From Flectonema sp. DT1601 (taxonomy: Eukaryota): a DNA stretch of 64,000 bases. Where the stretch lies: NCBI GenBank assembly GCA_964019425.1, contig OZ025794.1, positions 744,001-808,000 of the forward strand, read 5' to 3'. Positions within the stretch are counted from its first letter, which is position 1. Each line of letters begins with the position of its first letter. Under the pieces are notes generated by a model. The model made no database searches and had not been told where the DNA came from. It was given only the letters and a program-made list of their open reading frames with translations. Of the stretch, positions 22,528 through 34,410 are shown one piece after another. A program made the translations under genes and the position numbers.

Positions 22528-24696
22528 TCACGCATTCAGAGAACCTTCAGCTCCCATCACCACAACACTTGACTGACTCTTCTTGTCTTTCTCAAACAAA
22601 GTCAACATCACTTGAGTGAACATGTTCGGTCCCGTGAAGCTCCCCACCGACTTCCACGACAGCGTCCTCTTCGCATCATCCCAAGTGAACAGAGTGGTCT
22701 TCTTCACGTCCTTCAGATAATCATGTGTCTCTCCGTCATCTTCAACGAAACGGAAGCTACCATCAGCTCCTCCGTATACCTGAACATCTAGAGGACCACC
22801 AGGAAGTTGGTCAGTGTACTGCACCAGAGGGCCTAATGGGATCACCGCCCCAGAGCGAGCATACATCGGAATCGTCTCCCACGACGCGTTTTTGAAGGTT
22901 ACTGAAGACTCACTCACTACATTGGTGCTGTTGAATTGATACCAAACTCCTGATGACAACTGAGGAATAATTACTTTAGAATTACCTCCTTGATTAAGGA
23001 TTGGTGCAATCATTAGATGACTACCTACTAGCCACTGCTTGTCCAGATCATTAACTGTTGAGTCACTAGGGAACTCAGCCATTAGGGCTCTGAAAATTGG
23101 AATCTTGTCGTCGTGTTGCTTGTGAGCCAAACTGTAGATCATCGGAACAAATTTATATCTCAAGTTCAACGACACTCGGAATGAAGCAGCCGCCTGGGGT
23201 CCGAAGAGGAATGGAAAGTGAGGTGTGACGGGTTTAGATGAATGGACTCTCATAATTGAGAAGAATGCACTCACTTGATACCATCTAACAATAAGTTCTG
23301 CATTAGAAGCTCCTTTAAAGCCACCAGTGTCACAAGTCACGTAACCCATTCCTGCCAACTGCCACTTCAATAGGTAACCAGGGTGAAGGCTGAGAGCTTC
23401 CCAGGTAGCTTGCTGATCGCCAGTCCAGAACGAAACACCCATTCGCTGCAGACCAGGAGTGTACGCCCTGTTGATAGAGAAGAACCTCTTGTTGTTATCG
23501 TGGGATGCCAACAAGTTGACCTGTGCGAGATTCCAGTTGAAGAAGTTGAAGTACTGAAACTCACCCTCGTCATTCCACCAGAAGTCTACTCCATCGTTAA
23601 GATAGTGAGACATTTCTTTACCGTACCAATCTCTTGCTTCAGGAATCGTGAAATTGATGTTTCTCGCATTCACTCCTGTCCCCGCACTGTTGAGCCAACC
23701 CTTCTGCTTCGCGAACTGGATGAGCTCCGTGTTTCCGAGACGAGGCTTGCGGATGCCACCGAACCTGAGGTGGAACTTGTCGTGGTAGTCTTCAAGTTGC
23801 TTCACAGGTTGAGGGAAGGTGACGCTGTTGTATCCGAAGTCCTCGTACGATGAGTTCCCAGTAGGAGGCAACGAGTAGTCGTTCGTGGTGGTGAACCATC
23901 CAAAGTCAGAAATCCAAGCATCAATAGGCCAGGATTCATTTCTAAAGGTCGTCAACATGGACTCAATATACGACAGGTTGGACCATCCATAACGACAGGC
24001 GAGGAACCCAAAAGCATAACGAGGAATCATTACAGGAGGTCCAGTTAAAGTCCAGTACTGAACCATTCCTTCATCCATAGTCGCTGCAGGCATCAAATAG
24101 AGATCTGATTTGCTGGATCCGAACTTCCAAGTAGTCGAAGAGCTGGCCTCCCATGAGACTGGGTACGAATCACCATTGGTGATAATCCATTCCGGGATGA
24201 CACCCAAAGCTGAGTACTTTCCCGTGCTCCAGTAATGAGGAGTAGTAGTCTCCATGTTGTAAACAAATCCAGTCCCCTTGGTACTCGACAGCCTAGACTC
24301 ATCACTGAGACCACCTCCACTACCGAAGTACTTCAAGTTGGGTTCATTATGAAGGACTATCATGTTTGACTTGTCCATGAGGGTCACTGTTCCGTTTACG
24401 ATGTACTTCGAATTGGAGTCAGTCATTGTAAACTTCGGCCCATCAAATGATATGCTGCCAATATCACTCACGATCGATTGACCGACAACCTTGAAATCCG
24501 GATATTCCATATTCCTGACAACCATCGAAGTATCACAAGGATCTGTATCCTCTCCTTGAGATAGTCCAATCCGAAACCCGGCATTCGTAACAGCAACTTC
24601 CATGAATCCATTCGGTACTTGAACCCTTACTCCATGCTCTTGTTGTTCTAATACAGCTGCTGTGATTAGAATAGAACTAATCACTAAGATACTCAT
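22528..24696 (-). CDS. glycoside hydrolase family 31 (alpha-glucosidase/xylosidase-like), copy A, 722 aa, signal peptide
   Basis: PRYAFGFLACRYGW, WPIDAWISDFGW, GVDFWWNDEGE (nucleophile region), WTGD (acid/base), DTGGF, ELIVRWYQ, MRVH, C-terminal EDDGET. Confidence 0.93.
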   Translation of the reverse strand: MSILVISSILITAAVLEQQEHGVRVQVPNGFMEVAVTNAGFRIGLSQGEDTDPCDTSMVVRNMEYPDFKVVGQSIVSDIGSISFDGPKFTMTDSNSKYIVNGTVTLMDKSNMIVLHNEPNLKYFGSGGGLSDESRLSSTKGTGFVYNMETTTPHYWSTGKYSALGVIPEWIITNGDSYPVSWEASSSTTWKFGSSKSDLYLMPAATMDEGMVQYWTLTGPPVMIPRYAFGFLACRYGWSNLSYIESMLTTFRNESWPIDAWISDFGWFTTTNDYSLPPTGNSSYEDFGYNSVTFPQPVKQLEDYHDKFHLRFGGIRKPRLGNTELIQFAKQKGWLNSAGTGVNARNINFTIPEARDWYGKEMSHYLNDGVDFWWNDEGEFQYFNFFNWNLAQVNLLASHDNNKRFFSINRAYTPGLQRMGVSFWTGDQQATWEALSLHPGYLLKWQLAGMGYVTCDTGGFKGASNAELIVRWYQVSAFFSIMRVHSSKPVTPHFPFLFGPQAAASFRVSLNLRYKFVPMIYSLAHKQHDDKIPIFRALMAEFPSDSTVNDLDKQWLVGSHLMIAPILNQGGNSKVIIPQLSSGVWYQFNSTNVVSESSVTFKNASWETIPMYARSGAVIPLGPLVQYTDQLPGGPLDVQVYGGADGSFRFVEDDGETHDYLKDVKKTTLFTWDDAKRTLSWKSVGSFTGPNMFTQVMLTLFEKDKKSQSSVVVMGAEGSLNA

Positions 24697-26032
24697 TTTG
24701 TTAAATTCTAATAAAGAGAAGACTTGAGGATTTGATCGTCTGTTGCAATCAACAAAAATATACAAAAATACTGATGTCTACGATGATGTCAATATTTTTG
24801 TTCTGCTTTTCCCTGCAACAAAATAAAAAAGAGAGTGAATATCCGACCCCACATCGATACGCTACCGCACAGGTGTTTTTTGACAAGATAACACAAATTT
24901 ATATTGTGCGAAAGAGTACTGGTTTTTTTTCCCTCTTCTTTTTTTTTCTCTCTCTTTCGAACAGAAACCATTATCAGTCACCGTGATCTCAGGGTCATGG
25001 TGTACGATATGTTTGCTACTTCGTTTTTTCTTATATTTCCTCTCACTTCATTTCGTCCTATTCGAAGACCCAAAATCGAACTTTAGGTCACTGAGCATTT
25101 CTTTCATGCATCTGCAGACAAACTTCAAACGAGGTAATCGGCTGTAGCAAAATTCGAGTTGCTACTTAATTTGCGAATAAAATCAAAAAAAGTGATTTGT
25201 GAATCACTTTTCACTACTCACAGACAAAAGTACAGATTATTGAGGAATTCTTTTTTACGTTTATCATAACGTTGAGAGAGAGCGGAAAGAAAATAAAAAA
25301 GAAAAGCCGAAAAACGTAAATATGCATGAAGCAGCTGTTCGCGAGAAAGCCAAGATTGTCTCCTGACTTTGTTATCGCAAATAAACTAAGCTAAAGCCAC
25401 AACTCATCCAAAAGATGAAGGTTGTAATTTTCATAACAATAATTGCTACCTAAAGCGCAGAAAGAAGGTGAAGGGAAAGGTAGGTACAAATCGAAGCCAT
25501 AACAGTCCTTGAGCAGTAATATGCTAACAAGTACGAGAGGCATCGAAAACCAGAACGGGAAAAAAGAAAAAAGTTGCAACTACGTACACAAATGCTATTT
25601 CTTGATTAGGTCAAAAAGTAAAGTTTAAGTAGATTACTCTCACCTTTTTGTCCATTTCTTTTTGAATTCAGCCTTTTGTCTTTGTGTGCAAGAAATACAA
25701 AAGAAAACTACGTAGGAAGATCAGTAAGCTCTTTTGCGGTGATTCCCAAACAAGAAATTTAGAAGAAAATTGAGAAACACGCTTTGCAGAGGGAGGTAAC
25801 TTGATACCGAGGGAGGGAAATATGTTTGCCAATTCCTTTTCCAACTGTTGGTTTGGTTGTAGTTGCGACACAAATGAATCCGCAATGTGACGTACAATAC
25901 GACGACACCGCAGAGAAACGTTAGTTGATATATATGAGAGAGAATCGAAAGGGAAAGACAACAAAATAAATATATTTATTTGATTCCAAGAGTCACATCT
26001 GATTCTTTGAGTTATCAAATAATTGACAACAT

Positions 26033-28201
26033 TCACGCGTTCAGAGAACCTTCAGCTCCCATCACCACAACACTCGACTGACTCTTCTTGTCTTTCTCAA
26101 ACAAAGTCAACATCACTTGAGTGAACATGTTCGGTCCTGTGAAGCTCCCCACCGACTTCCACGACAGCGTCCTCTTCGCATCATCCCAAGTGAACAGAGT
26201 GGTCTTCTTCACGTCCTTCAGATAATCATGTGTCTCTCCGTCATCTTCAACGAAACGGAAGCTACCATCAGCTCCTCCGTATACCTGAACATCTAGAGGA
26301 CCACCAGGAAGTTGGTCAGTGTACTGCACCAGAGGGCCTAATGGGATCACCGCCCCAGAGCGAGCATACATCGGAATCGTCTCCCACGACGCGTTTTTGA
26401 AGGTTACTGAAGACTCACTCACTACATTGGTGCTGTTGAATTGATACCAAACTCCTGATGACAACTGAGGAATAATTACTTTAGAATTACCTCCTTGATT
26501 AAGGATTGGTGCAATCATTAGATGACTACCTACTAGCCACTGCTTGTCCAGATCATTAACTGTTGAGTCACTAGGGAACTCAGCCATTAGGGCTCTGAAA
26601 ATTGGAATCTTGTCGTCGTGTTGCTTGTGAGCCAAACTGTAGATCATCGGAACAAATTTATATCTCAAGTTCAACGACACTCGGAATGAAGCAGCCGCCT
26701 GGGGTCCGAAGAGGAATGGAAAGTGAGGTGTGACAGTATTTGTTGAATGAACTCTCATGACTGACATGAATGCGCTCACTTGATACCAACGAGCAAGAAG
26801 CTCGGTATCCGAGGAACCTCTGAAGCCACCAGTGTCACAAGTCACGTAACCCATTCCTGCCAACTGCCACTTCAATAGGTAACCAGGGTGAAGGTTCAAC
26901 GCTTCCCAACTTGACTGCTGATCGCCAGTCCAGAACGAAACACCCATTCGTTGCAGACCAGGAGTGTACGCCCTGTTGATAGAGAAGAACCTCTTGTTGT
27001 TATCGTGGGATGCCAACAAGTTGACCTGTGCGAGATTCCAGTTGAAGAAGTTGAAGTACTGAAACTCACCCTCGTCATTCCACCAGAAGTCTACTCCATC
27101 GTTAAGATAGTGAGACATTTCTTTACCGTACCAATCTCTTGCTTCAGGAATCGTGAAATTGATGTTTCTCGCATTCACTCCTGTCCCCGCACTGTTGAGC
27201 CAACCCTTCTGCTTCGCGAACTGGATGAGCTCCGTGTTTCCGAGACGAGGCTTGCGGATGCCACCGAACCTGAGGTGGAACTTGTCGTGGTAGTCTTCAA
27301 GTTGCTTCACAGGTTGAGGGAAGGTGACGCTGTTGTATCCGAAGTCCTCGTACGATGAGTTCCCAGTAGGAGGCAACGAGTAGTCGTTCGTGGTGGTGAA
27401 CCATCCAAAGTCAGAAATCCAAGCATCAATAGGCCAGGATTCATTTCTAAAGGTCGTCAACATGGACTCAATATACGACAGGTTGGACCATCCATAACGA
27501 CAGGCGAGGAACCCAAAAGCATAACGAGGAATCATTACAGGAGGTCCAGTTAAAGTCCAGTACTGAACCATTCCTTCATCCATAGTCGCTGCAGGCATCA
27601 AATAGAGATCTGATTTGCTGGATCCGAACTTCCAAGTAGTCGAAGAGCTGGCCTCCCATGAGACTGGGTACGAATCACCATTGGTGATAATCCATTCCGG
27701 GATGACACCCAAAGCTGAGTACTTTCCCGTGCTCCAGTAATGAGGAGTAGTAGTCTCCATGTTGTAAACAAATCCAGTCCCCTTGGTACTCGACAGCCTA
27801 GACTCATCACTGAGACCACCTCCACTACCGAAGTACTTCAAGTTGGGTTCATTATGAAGGACTATCATGTTTGACTTGTCCATGAGGGTCACTGTTCCGT
27901 TTACGATGTACTTCGAATTGGAGTCAGTCATTGTAAACTTCGGCCCATCAAATGATATGCTGCCAATATCACTCACGATCGATTGACCGACAACCTTGAA
28001 ATCCGGATATTCCATATTCCTGACAACCATCGAAGTATCACAAGGATCTGTATCCTCTCCTTGAGATAGTCCAATCCGAAACCCGGCATTCGTAACAGCA
28101 ACTTCCATGAATCCATTCGGTACTTGAACCCTTACTCCATGCTCTTGTTGTTCTAATACAGCTGCTGTGATTAGAATAGAACTAATCACTAAGATACTCA
28201 T
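26033..28201 (-). CDS. glycoside hydrolase family 31, copy B, 722 aa
   Basis: Same motifs; near-identical to copy A at an offset of 3505 bp. Confidence 0.93.
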   Translation of the reverse strand: MSILVISSILITAAVLEQQEHGVRVQVPNGFMEVAVTNAGFRIGLSQGEDTDPCDTSMVVRNMEYPDFKVVGQSIVSDIGSISFDGPKFTMTDSNSKYIVNGTVTLMDKSNMIVLHNEPNLKYFGSGGGLSDESRLSSTKGTGFVYNMETTTPHYWSTGKYSALGVIPEWIITNGDSYPVSWEASSSTTWKFGSSKSDLYLMPAATMDEGMVQYWTLTGPPVMIPRYAFGFLACRYGWSNLSYIESMLTTFRNESWPIDAWISDFGWFTTTNDYSLPPTGNSSYEDFGYNSVTFPQPVKQLEDYHDKFHLRFGGIRKPRLGNTELIQFAKQKGWLNSAGTGVNARNINFTIPEARDWYGKEMSHYLNDGVDFWWNDEGEFQYFNFFNWNLAQVNLLASHDNNKRFFSINRAYTPGLQRMGVSFWTGDQQSSWEALNLHPGYLLKWQLAGMGYVTCDTGGFRGSSDTELLARWYQVSAFMSVMRVHSTNTVTPHFPFLFGPQAAASFRVSLNLRYKFVPMIYSLAHKQHDDKIPIFRALMAEFPSDSTVNDLDKQWLVGSHLMIAPILNQGGNSKVIIPQLSSGVWYQFNSTNVVSESSVTFKNASWETIPMYARSGAVIPLGPLVQYTDQLPGGPLDVQVYGGADGSFRFVEDDGETHDYLKDVKKTTLFTWDDAKRTLSWKSVGSFTGPNMFTQVMLTLFEKDKKSQSSVVVMGAEGSLNA

Positions 28202-28838
28202 TTTGTTGAAACCTAAGAAAGGAAAGAAATAGTAATTCCTCACAACCAGTCAATACTTGTCTTAAGAGAGTGATGATACTGAGCCACTCGTCACTCATCA
28301 TTAAGTAATTGATTTCATATTGTGTTGATCAACCTGAGAGGGAATGATACATTTAAAAAGGAATTCTACTTTCTTTAGAGCCTGTTGGCTGATTATTGTT
28401 TCCTAAACACTACACTAGGAAGACACTGCTGACAACAAGCAGCAGGTGACATAATTCCTATAACGTAAAGAACACTTACTAAGTTTGTTACAGTGACTTC
28501 GGTGGTCGTTCCGGTAAACACCTAGAGCGCGTTCAGCCCCAATGAAGGAGCCTAATAGCAGGGCTCCATTACCACCATTAATAGAGCACAAGTGATACAA
28601 CGGGTTGTAATCTTCAAAAAAGGATAACCCCCCCCCCAGTACGGGAGCTATAACTAATCACTTTTTGCAACGGAAGCAAAATAACGACTCATTTCATATT
28701 GAGAGTCCTCATCCATAGTTTTAGCTTCACTCTAACCAGATAATGAAGAAAGATGATCTCTACTACAGGAATACATCAGACTATTGAAGTTCTGATTGCT
28801 GTCTATAATAACACAATAAGATAATTACTAAATAATAA

Positions 28839-30697
28839 TTAGTATGTACTTGGTGAACTCTTAAGTACATCTTGGTATTGTTTATTTGGATTATCCATTG
28901 GTGCATATGAACCAGTTCGAGTAAAGTTAGATTGAAAGAAACCATCAACTTGACGGAACTGACCAGAGTAGTTCTTACCACGAGGATACCACGGAGCTTG
29001 AGTTTTCTTTGGTAAATGTGGTCTGCTGTGTTTGTCTTGAGGAGGTCTGTAGGAGAATGCAAAGTCAGGTCTGTTGTAGGTGTGCTCATCGAAGTCATAC
29101 CAGTGATCGATTTCAGACTTCTTGGCTGTTCGCATAGTACCATCAGGTTGTCTTACAATGAATCTTCTTCTCTTTGGATTCTCTGGTCTTAAATCATGAG
29201 TCCATTCCTCTTCACCAACATTGTTTGACATTTCAGCAAATACCCAATTAGTATCAGATCTGTTTGACTTTGTGTATGCTTCACTCAACCACGACTTATC
29301 ATCATCAATTTGATAAACAGGTTGTAAATACTTAGACATATCATTAAGGTCAGGATATGCTTCATTGTAGTATTCATAATTATCTCCCCAAAAGTCTCTC
29401 CTATCCTCCTCTGTTTCTAAGAAACGATAAGGATCGTCTACCTCATTAATATGAGTATAGGTTACTTCTTTGTGTCTGAGGTATTCTTTAAATAAGCTTT
29501 TATCACTCATGAATGATGTTCGAGGTTTTTGAACGAAATCTGGTACTAGTGATCCAAGACGTCTATTCATGGAGAGATTCTCATGCATAAAAAGACGATT
29601 TCTTAAATTTCTGTCAGGTTCGATTCCCTGTTCGTATGCTGCTGCTTCTGCTTGTTTACAGATTGTTTCTTTTACTTCTTGAAGTCCTAATCCATACATT
29701 CTAGCAAGTCTCTCTGGAGGCCATCTCTCAGGTGATCTGGTGTAGAGTTGATAAATCTCAGGTCCACATTTATGCTGAACCATTTTATCAGCCAAGACCT
29801 TATCTTGAAGCTCTTCCTTTGCAATGTATGCTAACTTCGGAGGTAAATCTCTGAATGGGTCCATTAAGTCTCGAACGTTAGCTGCTTCTTTACTGAATTT
29901 TGCTAATCTGTTCATTACCGCGACCTCTTTAAAAACTGCTTCCCTCTCACCTTCTTCTCTAATCAAATCAATCAGTCCCTGAGGATCCTCTCTGTACCAA
30001 AAGAGCATGTGGAGGTAGTAATCTTCTTTTGTAAAATCCGCACCTTTCGCGACATCTCCGATTTTCACGTTGAGAATTTTGTCAAGAAGGCGATCTTTGA
30101 TGAGCATCTTTTCATCCTGGTCGAGCATCTTCTTACCTGATTTAGTTGTTTTTCATATTGATTAATATTTTATTTTATTGATATTCTTTTGGTTAAGAAA
30201 TCATACCTTTCCAAGAGACTTTTAGTAAGTCAGTTATATGCTTATCTTCTTCAAACAGCGAAGGGTGGTTGGGTAGCAGCATTCGATCGTCATAGCGAGG
30301 GACTCTGTTTAGTACATTTGTTATAAATAATAAAATACAATCTCAATAACATGAATAAGGGTACATACGTAGCGTATTCATGTGTCTTATGAACCCATCT
30401 AGCATATGAATTCATCCAATATGGACGTACTCTAACGACCTTTCGTAGTTGGCCAGCGTCTACGGGGAATAGAAGCTCCCAGAGATCATCTTCTTCTCCA
30501 GCTCGGTATTCTTCATTTTGAACTCTCCAAAGACGACTGTCGAATTTATTTTTCTGAACTTCAGCATCTCCCGGAATACCCCAATCAAAAGTACTTCTCT
30601 TTTCGTGTTCTACGAAAGGTCCGTACGGATCGCCTCGAACAAATTTTGCGCACCATCTTCGTTGGATGGAACGACAGTTCCGCATTTGCCCCGGCAT
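28839..30697 (-). CDS. putative mitochondrial ribosomal small-subunit protein (mS45/Bot1-like, tentative), ~574 aa; exons 30697-30369, 30304-30207, 30136-28839
   Basis: Two GT-AG introns (30368-30305, 30206-30137) join ORFs 30290..30703 and 28839..30128 via an open 98-nt exon; Arg-rich presequence-like start; EIYQLY..PERWPPERLARMYGL, NWVFAE and FIVRQPDGTMRTA recall mS45 motifs (from memory). Confidence 0.7.
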
Positions 30698-31869
30698 CGT
30701 CACCTGGAAAATAAATAAAATGCAAACTTAACTAACAGTTCGGACTAAAATTGATCGTAAATTATAGTATCTGTTTTCGATAATTGTCTGTACAAAGTAG
30801 GATCGGATTATTCATTTTTTTATGCACAGATGGGATTTCTTACTTTACTTCTGCGTGGAAGGGGGGGAGTCGTAATGGTTACAATTTGTTTAACGGCACC
30901 CCTTTTTTTTAATATTATTTTAATGACGAGAAGCAACACTGACGGTACTCAGTCGCTGCCCAAACTGGTCGAATACAAATTTTAAAAAAGATGGTGAGAA
31001 CTCTGACTTCTCCAACACAGTTAATTCTTTAAACCTTTTTTTTTTTTTTTTTTTTTTTTTTGAATTCTTTTTCTCAGTCGCAACAGCGCAGCTGATACTA
31101 CCGCTGCGACAACACATTCCAATATTCTATTTTTTTTTTATTTTTTTTTTTAAAAAACTTTTTACTTCTGTGGTTTCCTTATTAAGAAGCTTTTTTTTTT
31201 TTCCTTTTCTACAAAAATTTCGCAAGTCTAACTTTGCTACCTGAATCCGTTACCGAAATTTGCCAAATAAGTGTTCCCTTAATGATAGTAACAACAGCAA
31301 CAAAGATATAACTAATCAACCCGTGGGTGGAGGAGTAATAACTTGATACTGTAATTAAATATAAAAGCAACTTGAAACTGGCTAACACTAACATAAGTTT
31401 CGGCCAAACCTCGTTGCATACAAAAGACCAACAGTGGTATCGATAAAATTCCATACATGCTGTCGAATATGGGGATTCGGGGCAGGTGTAGCCCGTTACA
31501 GTTTTTAAATTATTATTATCTATTTGCAAACAAATAAACTCAACATAGATACTAAAACGTAAATATAAAAAGAGAAAAAAACCAATGTAAAAGTAAAAAT
31601 AAAATACCATTTACTGGTTCGTAGCACACTACCAGTGGAGCACGGGGGTGGGAGGTGGTTTTTTTTTTTTTAAACTGCTCGCAACTACAATTCTAAAAAA
31701 AGCCTCAGATAGGCATTGATGCTCTGACATCTATTGAAGCTAGTGCTAACAAGGATTGCTTCTCACACGTATCAAAGATTCTAACCGCTCCATCAACACC
31801 TGTCTTGCTAATGTGCTTCATAAGCAATAAAACAAACAACAAATGAGATGGAAAATAGTTTTCCTATTC

Positions 31870-33292
31870 TCAACGATCATAATCAAGAGAACGAGGTAGC
31901 GTATGCGGTATTTCCGCAGAAAGCGATGAGTGTGGTGGCGGAGGTGGAAGGTTATTACCCCTTTGATACATACGAGGGGTTATAGCGCCTTTGGTACGAG
32001 GAGTTGGATTTCTGTGTTGGTGGAATTTGATTTTTATTTCTACTACGTAATTAAAAAGAAACCATCAGAAAGAAAACATACGCCTGATGAGAGTAGCAGC
32101 GTTCGTAACGTTTGGCAATCCCGTTGATCTTTGCAGAGCCGACAGAGACGTCTTTTGCTTTTCGGCCGTTTGACTTCAGAGACTGAGATCGAACGATCTT
32201 TCTATCACCACCAGTGATCGTTGAAAGAGGTGAGCCTACTCTACTTGGTATATTAACTCCTGGTGATACAGATCTTAAGTTTGGTCGATAACTAGCTGGT
32301 CGATTAGACTGTCGAGAAGGAGGAGTCACAGCGCGTCTCATACCAGCGGAAGCTCCGTAACGAGATGATGAGGGAGGTGTTGTTGACCTTCCTCTATTAC
32401 CTCCCCTTCTTCCAGATCTCCCTGAGTCTCTTCCTGAGTCTGGTTGTCTTTCTCTCAACAGTCGGAAGTCTAGCAGTGGCGGCTCTCTCGGTTTCGCTTC
32501 TTCACCAATTTCAGTTTTCAATTTGTTTATCAAAGCCTGTTGTTCAGAAACCTTTTCCTCAAGTTGCCTGCAGTGTTTTGTTAACTCTCCGTGTTCCTTC
32601 TTGCCTGTCACTTTGAAGTCGCAGGCGTTTTCGAGTTGCATGCGAAGGTCATCATTTTCTGTTCGGATGAGTCGAATGACTTCGTGAAGTGCATCGTCTC
32701 CGTACTTTGCACCGTCTTCAAGACGAGTAACTTCTACACGTCTTTCTTCCATCATTTGGTCGACGAGTTTTGACGCTCTTGAAATCTCTCGCTCCTGTTC
32801 AACGATTCTCTTAATGTATTGTACATCACTCATACGAGTAGTACTTCCTCCAGCTAATAGTGTTGCGTCTCCGTCTAGTAATTGAGAGCAACGTTTTGTT
32901 TCAGTGACAACTGCTTCAATAACTCCTTTTATGTTCTGTGGGTTAGTTGCAGCGATAGCTTCCAAAGGTTCTGTTCTAGCATCGGGTATTAAAGACTTCA
33001 ATACAGCTGCTGCAATTGTACCAGGTGAAGGGTCTTCATCAACAGATGTATCCCAGGCTTTTGAAATAGCATCGATTGGGTACCAGTATTTGTGTCCGTC
33101 ATCGAATCCAATTTGAATACATCCCAAATCCTCTCTCTCTTCAATGATCTCACCAACTATTCCACAATGTGTTTCATAAACATCATCCCAGTCAGGTAAC
33201 GGTCCTCCTTTTGAAAAGCAAAGCGCGTCAACCAACTTCTTTACTTGAGCGACATTGGCAACTACTTGCCCGCGAACCTTCTCTTCCGGCAT
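31870..33292 (-). CDS. hypothetical protein, ~450 aa: Mib-REP-like N-terminus, coiled coil, Ser/Arg/Pro-rich tail; exons 33292-32082, 32011-31870
   Basis: Intron 32081-32012 (GTATGT...CAACACAG, 70 nt) extends the frame to ...HQANPTPRTKG...SLDYDR*. Confidence 0.75.
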
Positions 33293-33497
33293 GGACCCCT
33301 ACCTGGAGAATAAGATGAGTTGACTGAAAACAAAACAACAATACTGCAATCATATAGATGCGTAAACTAACAATTGTACGTATCCGAGAAGACTATATTG
33401 TATTTGAGTTGCGTACCTACCACATCTCATCTGAACAAAAACTACTTTGGAGAAAGCTCTTGTGGTTGAACGTTGCAAACAACAGATTGCACGTATA

Positions 33498-34235
33498 TCA
33501 AAGTTTTGATGTCACAATAACCATTTCTCTAACTTTATTAATTCCAACACTATCATAACCATCACCACTATCAGATGATCCCATTGAAATTGTTTGGTAC
33601 GCTGACGGTATTCTAGTCTTAGCACTGAAGTGAACCTTTCTAACACCAGAACTGGAGATGATGTTCGTAGCGTTTGAAGGATTTACCCCAGACCCTGCCA
33701 TGACTTCGATACCTTCAGATGTGAGTTTCTTAAGAGATTCGATACCGTCTACGGCTTTTTGCTTACCACCAGAAGACAGAATGCAAGTGAATCCGAGTTT
33801 TGCTGCTGCCTTACCAGCAGCCAAGTAATCATCAGTAACATCAATAGCGCGGTGGAGAGTACACTCCTTGGGCTTAGAAGCAGATATCAGTCTGCTATTA
33901 GTCGAAAGACTTAGTGATCGATCTTCATTGAGAGCACCAAAAACAAACCCGGCGACGGTTGGTAAGTTAAGAGATTTTATCGCTGTAATGTCATCTAGCA
34001 TTACTTGGACTTCTGCTGTGCTGTAGGCGAAGTCACCAGCTCTGGGTCTTATCATTATGAATTGTTTTATTCCTGAGATTGATGACTTCCATGAATCAAT
34101 TAATTTAACGAGTCCAATGGAAGGAGTTAATCCGCCGTCTCCAAGAGAACTGCAAACTTCAAGTCGTCGTACGCCTCCTTCAATTGCTGCTCTGGCGCCG
34201 TGGACTGAGTCAATGCAAACTTCTATTTCGATCAT
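33498..34235 (-). CDS. cutC: CutC family copper-homeostasis protein
   Basis: IEVCIDS, RLEVC, GGLTPS, MIRPRAGDFAYS, GFVFGAL, TLHRAID, ILSSGG, MAGSGV, VHFS. Confidence 0.93.
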   Translation of the reverse strand: MIEIEVCIDSVHGARAAIEGGVRRLEVCSSLGDGGLTPSIGLVKLIDSWKSSISGIKQFIMIRPRAGDFAYSTAEVQVMLDDITAIKSLNLPTVAGFVFGALNEDRSLSLSTNSRLISASKPKECTLHRAIDVTDDYLAAGKAAAKLGFTCILSSGGKQKAVDGIESLKKLTSEGIEVMAGSGVNPSNATNIISSSGVRKVHFSAKTRIPSAYQTISMGSSDSGDGYDSVGINKVREMVIVTSKL

Positions 34236-34410
34236 TTTATAAAGTTCTATAAACAAATTAGAATATTGTTTTATTTTTTAGTAAACATCAACATCAAAAG
34301 TAGATTTGACACCAAATAATAACGTAAACAGCAGCCTTCCACTCGAAAATAATAAGTTATGTTTTCAATAAACAAACAGGAGCTGATGATGTGATGCTGA
34401 ACACTTTACT

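Noticed and set aside
25187..25210. AT-rich 10-bp hairpins (also ~44457-44483)
   Set aside because: Single-copy, low-complexity stems expected by chance at this composition
23383..27358. Plus-strand ORFs antisense to the GH31 genes, and other plus-strand ORFs in the track
   Set aside because: Shadows of minus-strand coding sequence or low-complexity spacer ORFs, often with non-ATG starts and no motifs
30131..30139. Acceptor directly followed by donor-like GTAAGA (recursive splice site)
   Set aside because: The sequence simply encodes G-K-K in the continuous frame; no downstream acceptor is required
30290..30703. Stand-alone 137-aa gene
   Set aside because: Better explained as exon 1 of the spliced gene ending at 28839
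31704..31821. 38-codon minus-strand ORF MKHISKTGVDGAVRIFD... with a WD40-like phrase
   Set aside because: Too short, and no supporting exons were found
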